Shown: positions 25,909 through 37,678, numbered from the stretch's first letter. The stretch: 62,069 nt of DNA from Octopus bimaculoides (GCF_001194135.2 NC_068986.1:106717997-106780065), one strand, 5' to 3'. Translations and numbers: made by a program. Notes: generated by a model from the sequence alone, not told the origin.

Positions 25909-26778
25909 TATATATAAATATGTGAGTATATGCATATATACGTACATGTATGTACATACCTACATCTACATGTATATATAGATGCATATCTGAGTACAGG
26001 AGGTTACAAAAAAACGTGGACAAAATGATAAACAGAGTACAGAAAACACACAGGCCACATAGAGAAAATTTCCTTCATCAGCTGCAACCATTCTAAAACT
26101 AAGCTTTTCGAAGAGTTAGGGCAGGACGCAATGTTAGAATGGCTCTTCCCATGGAGACAAATTAAATTTGTAACGTGGATGAATATAGTGACGGACAGAA
26201 AACAAGACAGGAAAACGAAACAGGGAAAATAAACAAGAAAGGCTATACAGCCAGACGTGAAAAAAATACGTGTATACTGAATGCTGTGATGCGACGAACT
26301 GGAAGGAAGAACTAGAGGGGGAGAAAGATACAAAGATAGATAGAATCACGTCAGAAATGTAAAGTTAAAACTTGCAAAGATGACGCGTGCGTGCGGTGAA
26401 TACACACACACACACACACACTCATATATATATATATATATATATATATNNNNNNNNNNNNNNNNNNNNNNNNNNNNNNNNNNNNNNNNNNNNNNNNNNN
26501 NNNNNNNNNNNNNNNNNNNNNNNNNNNNNNNNNNNNNNNNNNNNNNNNNGGGCTGCCTGCTCGCCAAACCATATTATGCCTGAAGAATGTTGTAGCTTGT
26601 CTATTCGAGGATGAAAAAATGTTAAATGATAATTCTTGTCTCTGCTGTACAAATCTAATAACAATGTCGATTTATTTGTTTATTTATTTACTTATTTATT
26701 TATTTTGCAGTTTGCACGCAAGATCATATTGTCTCAGACATCCTGCAGTTTATATATCCGCCAGTGAGACAATGTTAA
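18631..26778 (+). CDS. Gene A: small secreted 12-Cys protein, 4 coding exons, 128 aa
   Basis: Hand-spliced at GT-AG sites, all introns phase 1, 387 nt open to TAA: MYIYSILLITALCVSGGPPTE-DCSGCLYNGYCICNNAVGLVIEEYSCKQIACTNKEIDVQKI-FCKDFRGNCMPHGKGWLGVYRNLCVTNYCYIVRGRPRLTMRYNQ-VCTQDHIVSDILQFIYPPVRQC*. Every exon has two paralogues in the window. Confidence 0.88.
19215..19420 (+). mobile_element. SINE family 2
   Basis: Same head and core as 15455. Confidence 0.7.
19833..20075 (+). repeat. Partial copy of the ~550-bp microsatellite-flanked repeat
   Basis: Homology to 10078-10620; (TTA)n on both sides. Confidence 0.75.
20612..21600 (+). mobile_element. L1/Tx1-clade LINE reverse transcriptase fragment
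   Basis: Degenerate IHDTLHIMRYI..GVLIN..SKAFD and GYLSESFNIMHSVCQRRRLSSFLYVLAL. Confidence 0.65.
21690..21890 (-). mobile_element. SINE family 2, degenerate
   Basis: Reverse core ggtacttattttatcgacc. Confidence 0.65.
22176..22298 (+). CDS. Gene A coding exon 2 (6-Cys module)
   Basis: atcttcag|AT TGC ... ATA T|gtaagt, 123 nt, phase 1-1. Confidence 0.9.
22422..22740 (+). mobile_element. SINE family 1 variant
   Basis: tRNA-like head plus the family core. Confidence 0.75.
23730..24045 (-). mobile_element. SINE family 1
   Basis: Homology to 10861-11250 with an internal deletion. Confidence 0.8.
24522..24653 (+). CDS. Gene A coding exon 3 (4-Cys module, WLGVYRN)
   Basis: tcttttcag|TT TGT ... 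CAG G|gtatgt, 132 nt, phase 1-1. Confidence 0.9.
24750..25690 (+). mobile_element. RTE-clade LINE 3' fragment
   Basis: YADD, EKVNHFSYL, SILLYGCETWTLY, RLRWEGHVVRM. Confidence 0.85.
26711..26778 (+). CDS. Gene A terminal coding exon
   Basis: tattttgcag|TT TGC ... TGT TAA, 68 nt, with AATAAA near 26821. Confidence 0.85.
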
Positions 26779-27884
26779 ATGAAAAATTCGATTTTTAATA
26801 TTGTTAAATATTTATGTTAAAATAAAAAAAACTGAGGCTAACATAAAATGAGGTAGTTAAGATGCGTGTTATAATTAAGAGGCAACACTTGATGAGGTCC
26901 CTCTCATTATTCACATCTTTTGTTCCAGAATGCAGATGTCTCCACCAGCAGACTCTTTTGCATTTACACATAGTGTTTTGAAAGTCATGCAAATTAGATG
27001 CACCGCCACACGCAGACACGCGCAATCACATCCATAGTTACACATTCACACTCACACACACATGCACAAACATACACTCACGCACACACGATCATATGTA
27101 TATGTATATAAATATATATGTACATATATATGTATATATATACATATGTATATATATATAATATATATATATANNNNNNNNNNNNNNNNNNNNNNNNNNN
27201 NNNNNNNNNNNNNNNNNNNNNNNNNNNNNNNNNNNNNNNNNNNNNNNNNNNNNNNNNNNNNNNNNNNNNNNNNNNNNNNNNNNNNNNNNNNNNNNNNNNN
27301 NNNNNNNNNNNNNNNNNNNNNNNNNNNNNNNNNNNNNNNNNNNNNNNNNNNNNNNNNNNNNNNNNNNNNNNNNNNNNNNNNNNNNNNNNNNNNNNNNNNN
27401 NNNNNNNNNNNNNNNNNNNNNNNNNNNNNNNNNNNNNNNNNNNNNNNNNNNNNNNNNNNNNNNNNNNNNNNNNNNNNNNNNNNNNNNNNNNNNNNNNNNN
27501 NNNNNNNNNNNNNNNNNNNNNNNNNNNNNNNNNNNNNNNNNNNNNNNNNNNNNNNNNNNNNNNNNNNNNNNNNNNNNNNNNNNNNNNNNNNNNNNNNNNN
27601 NNNNNNNNNNNNNNNNNNNNNNNNNNNNNNNNNNNNNNNNNNNNNNNNNNNNNNNNNNNNNNNNNNNNNNNNNNNNNNNNNNNNNNNNNNNNNNNNNNNN
27701 NNNNNNNNNNNNNNNNNNNNNNNNNNNNNNNNNNNNNNNNNNNNNNNNNNNNNNNNNNNNNNNNNNNNNNNNNNNNNNNNNNNNNNNNNNNNNNNNNNNN
27801 NNNNNNNNNNNNNNNNNNNNNNNNNNNNNNNNNNNNNNNNNNNNNNNNNNNNNNNNNNNNNNNNNNNNNNNTATATATATATAC

Positions 27885-27922
<38 letters not shown>

Positions 27923-27992
27923 GAATATATTTCGTTTTTGGATTTGGTTTGCAAGATTCTTTATGTGATTTCGTGTGTTGAAGCATTTTCTA

Positions 27993-28199
27993 TTGTGTCT
28001 GCGGAGCGTCATTTTCTTATTGTGCCTTAAAATATAACACACTCACCGGTAAAATTTCCACTTATTGTCAAGACTATTGATAAGGTTGCAAGACGAAACG
28101 AAAATTTTAAGAAAATAAAAATAAAAACAAGTGGAAGTTTTACCGGTGAGTGTGTTAAATTTTAAGGCACAATAATAAAATGACTCTCCCCAGACACAA
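27993..28199. mobile_element. MITE-like inverted repeat (~80-bp arms)
   Basis: ttgtgtct...aacacactcaccggtaaaatttccactt matches aagtggaagttttaccggtgagtgtgtt...agacacaa. Confidence 0.65.
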
Positions 28200-28746
28200 C
28201 AGTATACGAATATATATATATACGTATATATATGAATTCTTTATGCAGCCTTTGTTTATGGACAACTATGCTGGCACATACACAGAAATAGACCAACCGA
28301 GGGCCCTTTTAAATTGCGTCTAGATAACCACAAGTTCTCAGTTGTGATCCCAGAAGGATGCAACCTTACGTCTTTTTTTAATTACATTTCGCGTTTAAAA
28401 GAGGGAACGCCATACATGATTAAATGGTAGTTCCTGTAACGTCCACGACTATAAGTCAACAGAAACAGGCGATGAAAATTTTGCTCTCTCAAGAGGCTAA
28501 GAATCCTACAAAATTATTTGGACCCGAGTGCCTTCTTAAATAGAAATATGAAGCGTTTAGTCAGTATCCTTAAGAGAGAAAATTTGTATCGCAGACGTGG
28601 GTTTACCCACTCCGTGAGAACGGATCAGAGAACGTGCATAAACTGACACTTTTCAAACACAACTGCAACCATTCTATTATCGAGGTTTGTCGTTCAATGA
28701 CTGAAACCTGTACATTAGCAATGAATACGCACACACATGTGCACCA

Positions 28747-28786
<40 letters not shown>

Positions 28787-29129
28787 TATATACTTGGTTA
28801 CAAGGACATGTATATGTATCATTGTATCGGCTAGACTATCAGACATTGTTATAAACTGCTGATCACAATGCGCTTACTCTCATTGTTTTAGCTTCCGAAT
28901 GATGCTACAGTTGGCTAGACGGGCAGTATAGGATTTCCTCAGAATAAACGCCAGTCCTATACTTTGAAGTATGATGTATGCCAATCTGTTGAAGCCAATT
29001 GCTTTGAATTGGTGGTTTATACACTCGTATATTACTCATAGAGAACGCGACTCGTAGATTGTCTTCTCCCCCACAGAAACCAAACGGAAATCTGTAAAAT
29101 AACAAAAGTTTGAAGAATATGCTAGTCCT

Positions 29130-29378
29130 TTATTAATCGCCATATTTGATTGCATATACGAAAGGGTACTGAAAAGCTCTTGGTTTCAAGGATATCGCGA
29201 AAGGCCTGGTCGGAGGCCCAAACTTCCGAGTTGTTTTTCAGTGTGTAGAAAAGCTGAAGGATCGTTACAATAAGTGTGTCAATCTGACAGGGGAGTATTT
29301 TGAACAAAATCATAATTAACGGATTCTCCCGTACTTTCTTTTACCCAAAGCCTTGGACGTTTTCAGCACCCCGTCGTA
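29130..29378 (+). mobile_element. Mariner-like transposon 3' fragment
   Basis: KLKDRYNKCVNL C-terminal motif; terminus ttttcagcaccccgtcgTA. Confidence 0.6.
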
Positions 29379-30156
29379 AGACAAACCGTTAGCTTTTAAA
29401 AATCTGAGAAAAATTCGCCCGAATCCGTTATGCGAATACATACTACAGTACATTCTTTAATGCATTAAACACAGTTTCCTTGAATACGTACAGATGAAAA
29501 TGGGGGTCAGTTTAATATGCTTGTGCATCTTTTATGCTATATAATACAGAAGATGTATAGAAGTTTTGTAGCTGACTTTTCTGACTTTTCGTGTGTGGAG
29601 TTAGGTGGGTGTGAGTGGTGATGGTAGAGATCTTTCAAAAATGAAAGAAAAATGGTATAAAGAGGTGGAGACAAGACACAAAGAATTTTGGTAATTAGTA
29701 GCATCTCGACTGGAGAAGGATAGTCTGTCTGAAATTATAAATATGAAAAGAAAAACTCGTACTTTGTAATTGAAAAATGAAAACAAAAAACGCTGATGAA
29801 AGAGCATTGACTGAAGAGATACAATTAAGTATGTGAAATGAAGAAAGCAAAATTTATCAATGAAATTTGAAAATGATATAATATGGAATATCGTGCTGAA
29901 TAATCATGCTAATAATAATAAGATAGGCATTGTTAAAAAGATTATCTAAATGATAATGTAATTCACCGAATTTACAGAACGATTTCTCATCAAGAGTTTC
30001 TGAATACCACTAAAGAACGGATTTTTGGACAGAAATAACTTAGTTGAACTTAATTCACTGAACTGAATTACACACGATAAAAAAATCCTCCGTGGAAAAA
30101 AATAAATAAGAATAAGCCCGTTCGAAGAACTTATAAAAGTCAGGTCACTATATAGT

Positions 30157-30817
30157 AGCGGTACCAGTAATAATGTAGACTTGTTACTACCTGCGGCATT
30201 ATGAGGAAAAAAAACTATGTTTCTGTGTGGAGCAAAAAATAATAAGTGTGTTCGAAGGATTTATAATTATTACTGGTAGTAGCGCTACCAGTAATAATGT
30301 AGACTTGTTACTACCTGCAGCATTTTAAAAAAAAGAAACTATGGTTCTGTGTGGAACAAAAAATAATTCTGATTAGAAGAAAAACAATGAAAAAGAATTA
30401 ACGATACATTTAAAGGGAGTCATGCCAGTATATTTCAACCGTAAACAGATATTATCTGTTGAAATTGAAAACAAACCAGTTGCTAAGAAAGTTAAAATAG
30501 GCAAAGAATTCACAACCCATTTTGAGATTGCTACTAAACATGTCCTCCTTGAAAAGACTTAAGATGAAATGTCGATAGAAGTGACTAGTGAAGGACGCGT
30601 TGTAGAAAATTGTATATATATATACAGAACCATAGTTTCTTTTTTTTTAAATGCTGCAGGTAGTAACAAGTCTACATTATTACTGGTAGCGCTACTACCA
30701 GTAATAATTATAAATCCTTCGAACACACTTATTATTTTTTGCTCCACACAGAAACATAGTTTTTTTTCCTCATAATGCCGCAGGTAGTAACAAGTCTACA
30801 TTATTACTGGTACCGCT
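30157..30817. mobile_element. Fold-back structure: 194-bp inverted arms around a 273-bp spacer
   Basis: 30157-30350 is the near-perfect reverse complement of 30624-30817. The arms contain a 124-bp-period tandem repeat and a 13-bp-stem hairpin. The right arm abuts a gap. Confidence 0.75.
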
Positions 30818-31789
30818 NNNNNNNNNNNNNNNNNNNNNNNNNNNNNNNNNNNNNNNNNNNNNNNNNNNNNNNNNNNNNNNNNNNNNNNNNNNNNNNNNNN
30901 NNNNNNNNNNNNNNNNNNNNNNNNNNNNNNNNNNNNNNNNNNNNNNNNNNNNNNNNNNNNNNNNNNNNNNNNNNNNNNNNNNNNNNNNNNNNNNNNNNNN
31001 NNNNNNNNNNNNNNNNNNNNNNNNNNNNNNNNNNNNNNNNNNNNNNNNNNNNNNNNNNNNNNNNNNNNNNNNNNNNNNNNNNNNNNNNNNNNNNNNNNNN
31101 NNNNNNNNNNNNNNNNNNNNNNNNNNNNNNNNNNNNNNNNNNNNNNNNNNNNNNNNNNNNNNNNNNNNNNNNNNNNNNNNNNNNNNNNNNNNNNNNNNNN
31201 NNNNNNNNNNNNNNNNNNNNNNNNNNNNNNNNNNNNNNNNNNNNNNNNNNNNNNNNNNNNNNNNNNNNNNNNNNNNNNNNNNNNNNNNNNNNNNNNNNNN
31301 NNNNNNNNNNNNNNNNNNNNNNNNNNNNNNNNNNNNNNNNNNNNNNNNNNNNNNNNNNNNNNNNNNNNNNNNNNNNNNNNNNNNNNNNNNNNNNNNNNNN
31401 NNNNNNNNNNNNNNNNNNNNNNNNNNNNNNNNNNNNNNNNNNNNNNNNNNNNNNNNNNNNNNNNNNNNNNNNNNNNNNNNNNNNNNNNNNNNNNNNNNNN
31501 NNNNNNNNNNNNNNNNNNNNNNNNNNNNNNNGCTCAATTCATGCTTATTTTCTCGACCCCGAAAGCAAGGTCGATCTCGGCAGGATTTGGACTCAGACGG
31601 TAAGGACGGAGGATAGGCCGCTAGGTATTTTGCACGGCAAGCGGACGATTCTGACAGCTCATTGCATTCTGAAAATTATTGAATCTTAACACTTAAAAAA
31701 TATGAACTTTCTGAGAAACTTTAAGAGTTTGAGTTTTAAGAATTAAAAGCTATCAAAAGTTAACATTGAAAATAGCATTGAAATTAAAA

Positions 31790-31944
31790 GGTGTAGGAAG
31801 AAAGTTAGCTTCAAGCAATCCGTAATAAATATTAAAAACAACTTTCAGGGGCAATATTGATTTATTTAGACAGAAGTTTGTGGGTATCTTCGTATCGAGG
31901 TACGATAAAATACAAAAAGTTACTTTTATATTTCACGGTAGGCG
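31790..31944 (+). repeat. ~155-bp leader module, copy 1
   Basis: Aligns with 33620-33778 and contains TATCG-N5-CGATA. Confidence 0.7.
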
Positions 31945-31956
31945 GCCTATATATAG

Positions 31957-32096
31957 AAAAGTTCATTATAGGTATATAGATACCATAAATAAGTATAAAA
32001 ATGGAGAAAAGATGTTAAAAATTCAATTGATGTTTTAACATCTTTTCTCCATTTTTATACTTGTTTATGGTATCTTTATACCTATAACGAACTTTT
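31957..32096. other. Near-perfect hairpin with 64-bp arms and a 12-nt loop
   Basis: Only 3 substitutions between the arms. Confidence 0.85.
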
Positions 32097-32757
32097 TCAA
32101 TTGTTACTTCACGAAGAGAGAAAGATATTAGCGTCTCTTCAAGTATAATTAAAGTACACCTAACAAATTTGTGGATAATAAATTGATAGAAAGTATCTTC
32201 TAGAAGATAACTGCTTCAGTTTCAGCAATAGGTCTCTGATTATGTCACTTAGTGGTCCAGAACGACTCCGAAATATTGAAAGCTTCACCCAGACTACCTA
32301 ACTTCGAGAATAATGTTACATGAAGTGTTGAAACCATTACTTCTAATTCACGTTATTTATAAAATATTGCATTTCGCCGAGGTGTAGTGAAACTGTGTCA
32401 ATGGTGCATTTGCAGCTGTGCTACGAAGGTTTTGATATCCCATGAAATAGATTTAAAATAATTTCTTACGTTAAAACAATACCTAAACAATACCTAGTTT
32501 ACTTCAACTATGATGCAATTCTCCAATGTTAAACTGAAATTAGTTGCTGCATAAAAACAACTCCATTATTTTATTATATTTACGAATATATTTCATCGTT
32601 ATTTGGAACTATATCTTGTTGGCGATTACACTGGAACATAGATATACAAGAAATGAGATGATATCGGGTGTTTTGTAACATTTTGCCTTCTCAATTTATG
32701 ACCTATCATAAATCAAACAATAAAAATTTCAATAGTATTTGTCAGGGAAAACGGCTA

Positions 32758-32862
32758 ACAGCTGTTGTCAACAACGAGGACAACGATGTCCCTTAGCATT
32801 TGAATTTAACTGATATCATTCTACATCCCTAAGGTAATCATCTTCAAGTCCATAAGGTAAGA
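32758..32862 (+). promoter_or_regulatory. Putative promoter and non-coding first exon of gene B
   Basis: ACAGCTGTTGTCA at 32758-32770. cttcaagtccataag|gtaagaaaatgtg resembles the gene A donor region. Confidence 0.58.
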
Positions 32863-33055
32863 AAATGTGTAGAATGTCACATTGCTCTTTGTTCTTAGAG
32901 GGAATTCTTAGTGTGATATCAGAACAGTTGTAATTATGTACTATAATAAACATATTCTGGTCCTTCTCAGACATTTAATTTCCCACAGGTGATACCCATA
33001 GTGCATTTCTGTTGCTTTCTTTCTCTCTCACTCTCTCTCTCTATCTCCCTATTTA

Positions 33056-33088
<33 letters not shown>

Positions 33089-33101
33089 CTACATAGATAT
33101 A

Positions 33102-33146
<45 letters not shown>

Positions 33147-33481
33147 ATATATATATATATATATATNNNNNNNNNNNNNNNNNNNNNNNNNNNNNNNNNN
33201 NNNNNNNNNNNNNNNNNNNNNNNNNNNNNNNNNNNNNNNNNNNNNNNNNNNNNNNNNNNNNNNNNNNNNNNNNNNNNNNNNNNNNNNNNNNNNNNNNNNN
33301 NNNNNNNNNNNNNNNNNNNNNNNNNNNNNNNNNNNNNNNNNNNNNNNNNNNNNNNNNNNNNNNNNNNNNNNNNNNNNNNNNNNNNNNNNNNNNNNNNNNN
33401 NNNNNNNNNNNNNNNNNNNNNNNNNNNNNNNNNNNNNNNNNNNNNNNNNNNNNNNNNNNNNNNNNNNNNNNNNNNNNNNNN

Positions 33482-33522
<41 letters not shown>

Positions 33523-33619
33523 CATACATGTATGTACATGCATACATACATACATGCATGTTTATATGTATGTATGTATGTATGTATGTATGCATACATA
33601 TATAAAACCCAGGTAACGA

Positions 33620-33778
33620 GGTGTAGCAAGAAAGTTAGCTTCAAACATTCCGTAGTAAATATAAAAAGAAGAAATTTCAGGGACAATGCTGGTGTATGGA
33701 GACGAAGGCTTGTGAATTTTGTTTGTATCGTAATACGATAAACTGTAAAAAGTTCCTTTTTTTATTTCACGCTAGGCG
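33620..33778 (+). repeat. ~155-bp leader module, copy 2
   Basis: Aligns with 31790-31944. Confidence 0.7.
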
Positions 33779-33806
33779 AACAGAGTCGACGGGTGTGCGA
33801 ATAAGA

Positions 33807-34227
33807 ATACAAGAGTTAAGGAATGGAGTTGATAAGATCCGGGCTACATATGTTTCATAGCGAGCGGAACCTGAGAAATATTATATATCCAAGCGAGGTG
33901 TATACCGCAGACTACTCTTCAGGCCAAGGATATCTTGGTTAAATGTAAGTTTACACTATCGCAAGGAGGTACATGTTAACGAATGGAAGATTCAATCAGA
34001 TGCTTGAACATATGGCAGATTTAATCAGAATGTGATTGAATCTTCCATGTTTTAACATGTACCTCCTTGCAACAATGTAAACCCTAGTAGAATCAAGGTA
34101 TCCTCACCCTCAAGAGTAGTATGCCGTGTAAACGGTGCTTGGATATTTACCACATTTGAGGATCTGCTCGCTAAGAAACGTATGTTACCCGGATGATCTT
34201 ATCTACTTCATTCCTTATCTCTTGTAT
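33807..34227. other. Long imperfect hairpin with ~190-bp arms and a 34-nt loop
   Basis: atacaagag...gcaaggaggtacatgttaa..atggaagattcaatca pairs with tgattgaatcttccat..ttaacatgtacctccttgc...ctcttgtat. Confidence 0.85.
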
Positions 34228-34254
34228 ATGTAAAGATAGATAGACAGAAAGATG

Positions 34255-34343
<89 letters not shown>

Positions 34344-34768
34344 GTGTGTAGGTATAATATCACTGTCAGTTTATAAACCAGATTATCGCATGCTGCTATG
34401 CTGCTATGCTGCTCTGCTGCTGGTTACAATGCGCCTCTCACCTCGTTACCTTTCAAATGTTGCCACCCCAATGATTAGACAGTCATGTCAGCATTCGCCC
34501 TTGAGGGAATGCCAGTGCGTTGCAGGGTGATTAAACTTGTGCAATGTAAAACAAAGTGCTGTGCCTAAGAACACCAACAACAGTCAGACGAGGATTCGAA
34601 ACTGTGCTCTCGAGTACAACATTCTAAACATTAGGGGTCATGAGCCTTTGCACACAAACGCACACACACACACGCACACACACATATATATGGGGGGTAT
34701 GTATATAGGCATATGCATATATATGTACACTTTATATGTGTGTATGTGTCTCTCTCTCCCTCTCTCTT

Positions 34769-34803
<35 letters not shown>

Positions 34804-35244
34804 GATATAAATAATATATAAATATATGCATATATCCATACATATATGTATATACCTACATCTAAATGTATACATACATGCATATATGGGTACAGGACAT
34901 AAAAAAAACGTTAAACACNNNNNNNNNNNNNNNNNNNNNNNNNNNNNNNNNNNNNNNNNNNNNNNNNNNNNNNNNNNNNNNNNNNNNNNNNNNNNNNNNN
35001 NNNNNNNNNNNNNNNNNNNNNNNNNNNNNNNNNNNNNNNNNNNNNNNNNNNNNNNNNNNNNNNNNNNNNNNNNNNNNNNNNNNNNNNNNNNNNNNNNNNN
35101 NNNNNNNNNNNNNNNNNNNNNNNNNNNNNNNNNNNNNNNNNNNNNNNNNNNNNNNNNNNNNNNNNNNNNNNNNNNNNNNNNNNNNNNNNNNNNNNNNNNN
35201 NNNNNNNNNNNNNNNNNNNNNNNNNNNNNNNATATATATATATA

Positions 35245-35552
35245 TACGAGGGTGAATCAAAAAGTAATGCTATTATGTTTAGGACAGGTATAATTACCAA
35301 CACAGGAACACGTATCATACATCAAAATGAAGCTGGTCCTCTGTGGATCACATCCCTACGTCTCGACATAGTCACCGTTTCTCTCAATAGCAATGTTCCA
35401 CCTTCGAATGAGAGCATGTTTCCCTGCCTCATAAAATTCTGTTGACTGTTCTTTGAGTCACTTCTTCACTACAGTTTACACTTCCTCGTCACTGGAATAA
35501 TGTTTACCTCTCAAACCATCTTTCATGGGGCCATAGAGATGATAGTCTGATG
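35245..35552 (-). mobile_element. Mariner transposon 3' end
   Basis: TA+CGAGGGTGAATCAAAAAGT terminus; ALIRRWNIAIERNGDYVE on the minus strand. Confidence 0.75.
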
Positions 35553-35889
35553 GCGATATTATATATTTACATACAAATATGTGTGAGTGTGTGATTGTCT
35601 TTGTACCTTTGTGTGTGTGCATGCGTGCATCTGTGCGTATTTGTGTGAGTCTTTATTCATGTGCGTATGCGTGGGCGTGTGTGTAATATCCTTGGGGATA
35701 TACATATATTACCAAAGCCATCTTCTAGTATAATGTGAAATAATTTAACTTATACAAAGCAAATTGTAAAAAACTGTATGTAATCTAGATAGATATCAAA
35801 CTAAATAAGACAAATACACATCTGACATAATACTGATTTTATGAACAGTAGATATATACTGAAATTTGTAGCACTGTAGAGAGTACAAA

Positions 35890-36190
35890 ATGTATTCGTT
35901 ACGACGACAAGCGTTCCAGCTGATCCAGTCAACAGAACAAACTGCTCGAGAAATTAACACGTAAGTGACTGACCACTGCACAGACTGAGTGGCGCCTTTA
36001 GCATAGTTCTGTGGGCGATTCCGCGCGACACATGACGTAACAAGGCTGGTCTGTTGAAACACATGTAGTAGTAATTTCTGTAAACTGAGTGGATTGGAAT
36101 AACGTGAAATAAGTGCCTTCCTCAAGGACGCAACACGGCGCCGTGAATCAAGTGTATATCCTAACCAGTAAGCTACGCGTCTTCACAGTC
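35890..36190 (-). mobile_element. Degenerate SINE family 1
   Basis: Diverged core. Confidence 0.6.
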
Positions 36191-36596
36191 CGGAATTAAT
36201 TCGGTTATCCATTACACAACGAAATGACAAACACATTTACATTGCCCACTCTATTAAATTATTATTTGCTACTAACTACTTACGGAGAATCTGATGAGAA
36301 GCAGGCACAGTATTTATTCGCTTGCGAATATATTTATTGGCAACGTGTACTACGTCATAAATCGATAAACCTGTAGTAATGAAAACTCACATACAGTTGT
36401 TGATCTCGTAATGGCGAGGCGAAAAAGGTTAAGTTGTTCTTCAGTGCATGCTGCAGAGTGAAACCTCCAGTAAAACCGCTGAGTGTTGCTTGCATAGCAT
36501 CGTTAAAGGTGTGTTTATTAAACACAAACAAGATTATTTGTATTCTATTCACGGAAATATACTTACAAGAGTGGCTGTGTGCAGGCGCAGGAGTGG

Positions 36597-36636
36597 GGTA
36601 TGACAGACTTTAACAGCTGTTAAAGTCTGTCATACC
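36597..36636. repeat. Perfect 40-bp palindrome with no spacer
   Basis: ggtatgacagactttaacag|ctgttaaagtctgtcatacc. Confidence 0.9.
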
Positions 36637-37632
36637 GGCCATGATGAAATACCACAACGTATAGAAAATACGTATTCGCCTTTATATATTTATATATTTA
36701 ATCCTTTATATTGAACACTCAATATTTCATCTATTCAATAAGACATATTCCATATATTCAATAAGACATTGAATACTTTATTTCATAGTACCATCCATTT
36801 TTATATTATATATTGTATATTCCATATTCTATATCCCACATTAATTTTACAAGAATATAAATAAAACATAAAAAACAGACAGAGTTGGAACTCTTTTAAA
36901 CAAAATAATATATTCCTCTATCCACAATCATACAAAACCCCTTTTTTGTATTTATTTTTACTCATATATATATATATATATANNNNNNNNNNNNNNNNNN
37001 NNNNNNNNNNNNNNNNNNNNNNNNNNNNNNNNNNNNNNNNNNNNNNNNNNNNNNNNNNNNNNNNNNNNNNNNNNNNNNNNNNNNNNNNNNNNNNNNNNNN
37101 NNNNNNNNNNNNNNNNNNNNNNNNNNNNNNNNNNNNNNNNNNNNNNNNNNNNNNNNNNNNNNNNNNNNNNNNNNNNNNNNNNNNNNNNNNNNNNNNNNNN
37201 NNNNNNNNNNNNNNNNNNNNNNNNNNNNNNNNNNNNNNNNNNNNNNNNNNNNNNNNNNNNNNNNNNNNNNNNNNNNNNNNNNNNNNNNNNNNNNNNNNNN
37301 NNNNNNNNNNNNNNNNNNNNNNNNNNNNNNNNNNNNNNNNNNNNNNNNNNNNNNNNNNNNNNNNNNNNNNNNNNNNNNNNNNNNNNNNNNNNNNNNNATA
37401 TATATATATATATATACGTATGGATATATGTATATATACGTATATATATGTATTTTTATACGTATGTATATATATATATGTATATATACAAATAGATATA
37501 TGTATATATACATATATATGTATGCATATATATATATATAAATATTCATATATATGTATATATATGTATATATATGTACATAAATATATATGTATATATA
37601 TGTACATAAATATATATGTATATATACATATG

Positions 37633-37678
<46 letters not shown>

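Noticed and set aside
30157-30350. Repeat-spacer-like array suggesting CRISPR
   Set aside because: Eukaryotic context, only two units per arm, no unique spacers and no cas genes.
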